DNA of 64,000 nt, taken from positions 2,356,001-2,420,000 of the forward strand of contig OX597816.1 in the NCBI GenBank assembly GCA_951406725.2, written 5' to 3'. The stretch is from Octopus vulgaris (Eukaryota). The first letter of the stretch is position 1; each line of letters begins with the position of its first letter. This document shows, piece after piece, positions 62,155 through 64,000 of this stretch. The position numbers and the translations under genes are program-made. The notes beneath the pieces are model-generated. The model saw only the letters and a list, made by a program, of their open reading frames with translations. It was not told the DNA's origin and ran no database searches.

Positions 62155-62487
62155 CTCTAGATCAACAAATGCCAAATCTAAAGGTTTATTCTTGCTAAGT
62201 ATTCCTCTTGCAGTTACCTGACCATGAAAAAAGCATCCACAGTGCTTCTCCCTGGAGCGAAACCAAACTGTATTTCGTCTCGCCTAATTCTGCTTCTAAT
62301 TGATTGGGCTATAACTCTCTCTGTAATTTTCTTCACCTGGCCCAGGAGTTTGATACCTCTATAATTGCTTCTGTCCAAGGCATCTCCCTTTCCATTGTAG
62401 CAGCTAACAATAATGCTGCTACACCAGTCATTGGGTATTATGCCTTCCTAAATAATCTGATTAACCATGCAGGTGACTAGATATGGT

Positions 62488-62588
62488 TCCAATGAAATTG
62501 ACTTTGCCTTTTATCCTTTTAGGATCAATAAAATAAGTACCAGTTGAAAACTGGGGGTCAGTGTAATTGAATAACCCCAGCCCCAACC
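62488..62588 (+). mobile_element. Meta-domain-like SINE fragment nested in the RTE
   Basis: ttgactttgccttttatccttttaggatcaataaaataagtaccag...ctgggggtcagtgtaattga. Confidence 0.75.
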
Positions 62589-63439
62589 AGATATTTTGAA
62601 CATCTCAACAGCGACCCCAGATGGACCAGGTGCTTTCCCTGTTTTCGTATCTTTAATACTGCTGTCCATTAGGATAGCTGGTCCCTCTGTTGGGTTCACA
62701 TTAGGAAGACTCCCTTTATCCCATTCATTCTCTACATTCAATAGCCTTGCTTAATAACTCTTCCATGTCCCTTTCTTGTCTGAATCACTAAGTGCAAACA
62801 TACCATCATCCATCCATACGCACTTCTCTCCCACACTATCATGATTCTCTCTGACATACTGCCTAGCAATCTGGAATCCTCCAAATCCATGATCTTCGTG
62901 CTGTAGGATATTGGAAAACCTCTTCCTTTCTGCTTCTGCCCTAGTTTAGTAAAGCTGACATCTAGCTTCCCTCTTAGGCTTTTGATATGATTCTTTGCTG
63001 TCCTATCTTTTCCATTCCTTCCACACCCATCCCTTCATTTTTATGGCCCTGTCTATGTCACTGTTCCACCACCATGTCACCCTTGGTCTGGCGGAGGCTT
63101 TGTTCCAGCCACAGATTTGGACTGTCTCTCTCAGTAGATAGTCCTATAAGAGCATCCAGTTGACTTCTACATCTTCTGTCTCTATCTCTTCCTCCTTCTC
63201 ATCAAAGGCTTCATTAAGAACATCTCTAAACCTCTGCCCATTTGAAGGATCTTTGAGCTTCCACTACCTCTTTTTCCATATTGTCTGGCCCTAAGTCTGA
63301 GGTCACTAACCACTAGCCTATGTTGAGTTGTACATTTTTTTAATTATAATAATAATAATAATAATAATAATTAATAATAATGATGAATAATAATAATTAT
63401 TATTTTTACTATTATTATTATTATTATTATTATTATTGG

Positions 63440-63600
63440 AGCAATAATATCACATGGAACAGTCAGCCAGCAAAAGCAGACATCCAAATGCTCTGGAAAG
63501 CTGCTCTCTTTGGAACAGCTCATAATCTTAAAAATGGTACTTTCTGTCTAAGACCTTTTGTTAAGGCTTGACACTTGATCTGCAGGAGATAAAACACAAC
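63440..63600 (+). mobile_element. R4/Dong-type LINE extreme 3' fragment
   Basis: IQMLWKAALFGTAHNL resembles the LQKA.LLGTA.ILR ORF terminus of R4/Dong elements; sits in TAA/ATT repeats. Confidence 0.6.
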
Positions 63601-63654
63601 AACTATTTCACAGCCATATTGTACAATGAATAATAATAATAATAATAATAATGA

Positions 63655-64000
63655 TAAAAAACTAGAACAGCAACCGACCGTGATAAAACAATGGCAAGAA
63701 AAGCCCCTTCATGGCAAATACTGGACTAAACTAAATGCAAAAGAAATAGACAAAGAAAAGTCCCAGCAATGGTTGAGAAGCTCAGGACTCAAGGCAGAGA
63801 CAGAGGGATTTTTAATTGCAGCACAAGACTAAAGCCTCCCCACCAGAAATTACCAAAAACATGTAATGAAAAGAAATATTACAAGTAACTGCAGAATATG
63901 TGGAGATGGACAAGAAACAATAAATCATATTATCTCTGACTGCCCAGTCCTGGCTAAGAAGGAATATATTCACAGACATGACAGAGTTGGAACCTACATA
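63655..64000 (+). mobile_element. R4/Dong-clade (restriction-like endonuclease) LINE, 5' truncated, runs off the window
   Basis: WQEKPLHGKY..SQQWL..GLKAETEGFLIAAQD*SLPTRNY..CRICGDGQETINHIISDCPVLAKKEYIHRHDRV: CCHC knuckle plus RHD motif; preceded by (AAT)n. Confidence 0.88.

Larger units (their letters stand above)
61030..63335 (-). mobile_element. RTE LINE ORF2 relic with internal deletion and nested insertions
   Basis: WWNSD, GKAPGPSG, NYRGIKLL, QFGFAPGRST, AFVDLEKVF, GVQQSSILSPLLF, DADD (YADD), GLKVNLAKT, a Cys/His finger, then the RTE tail. Confidence 0.9.

Overview
AT-rich, CpG-poor, microsatellite-laden animal genomic DNA. It is not prokaryotic: I found no operons, rRNA, real tRNA genes or CRISPR. 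The repeat repertoire (tRNA-head SINEs of the Octopus OK/OR type, RTE LINE tails ending in (TGA)n, mariners) points to an octopus or other coleoid cephalopod; this is recognition from memory, not a database result. Most of the window is intron-like DNA with old and young transposable elements: several SINE families, RTE, CR1 and R4/Dong LINE fragments, three mariner relics, a DD37D maT element, hAT, piggyBac-like and fold-back MITEs, two non-autonomous Helitrons, a solo LTR and Penelope-type hammerhead remnants. No intact protein-coding gene is present. A few short + strand exon candidates (best: 27183-27278) and two promoter/first-exon-like regions (about 16.4 kb and 54.5-56.0 kb) suggest the window lies inside one very large multi-promoter gene that I cannot name. 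Nearly all ORFs in the supplied track are microsatellite or TE artefacts. I found no convincing wholly new biological system. The best leads are a 54-bp inverted templated copy able to form a fully paired RNA duplex, a Helitron carrying a LINE ORF1-like fragment, a CpG-rich fold-back element, degenerate hammerheads, and a one-strand bias of one SINE family.
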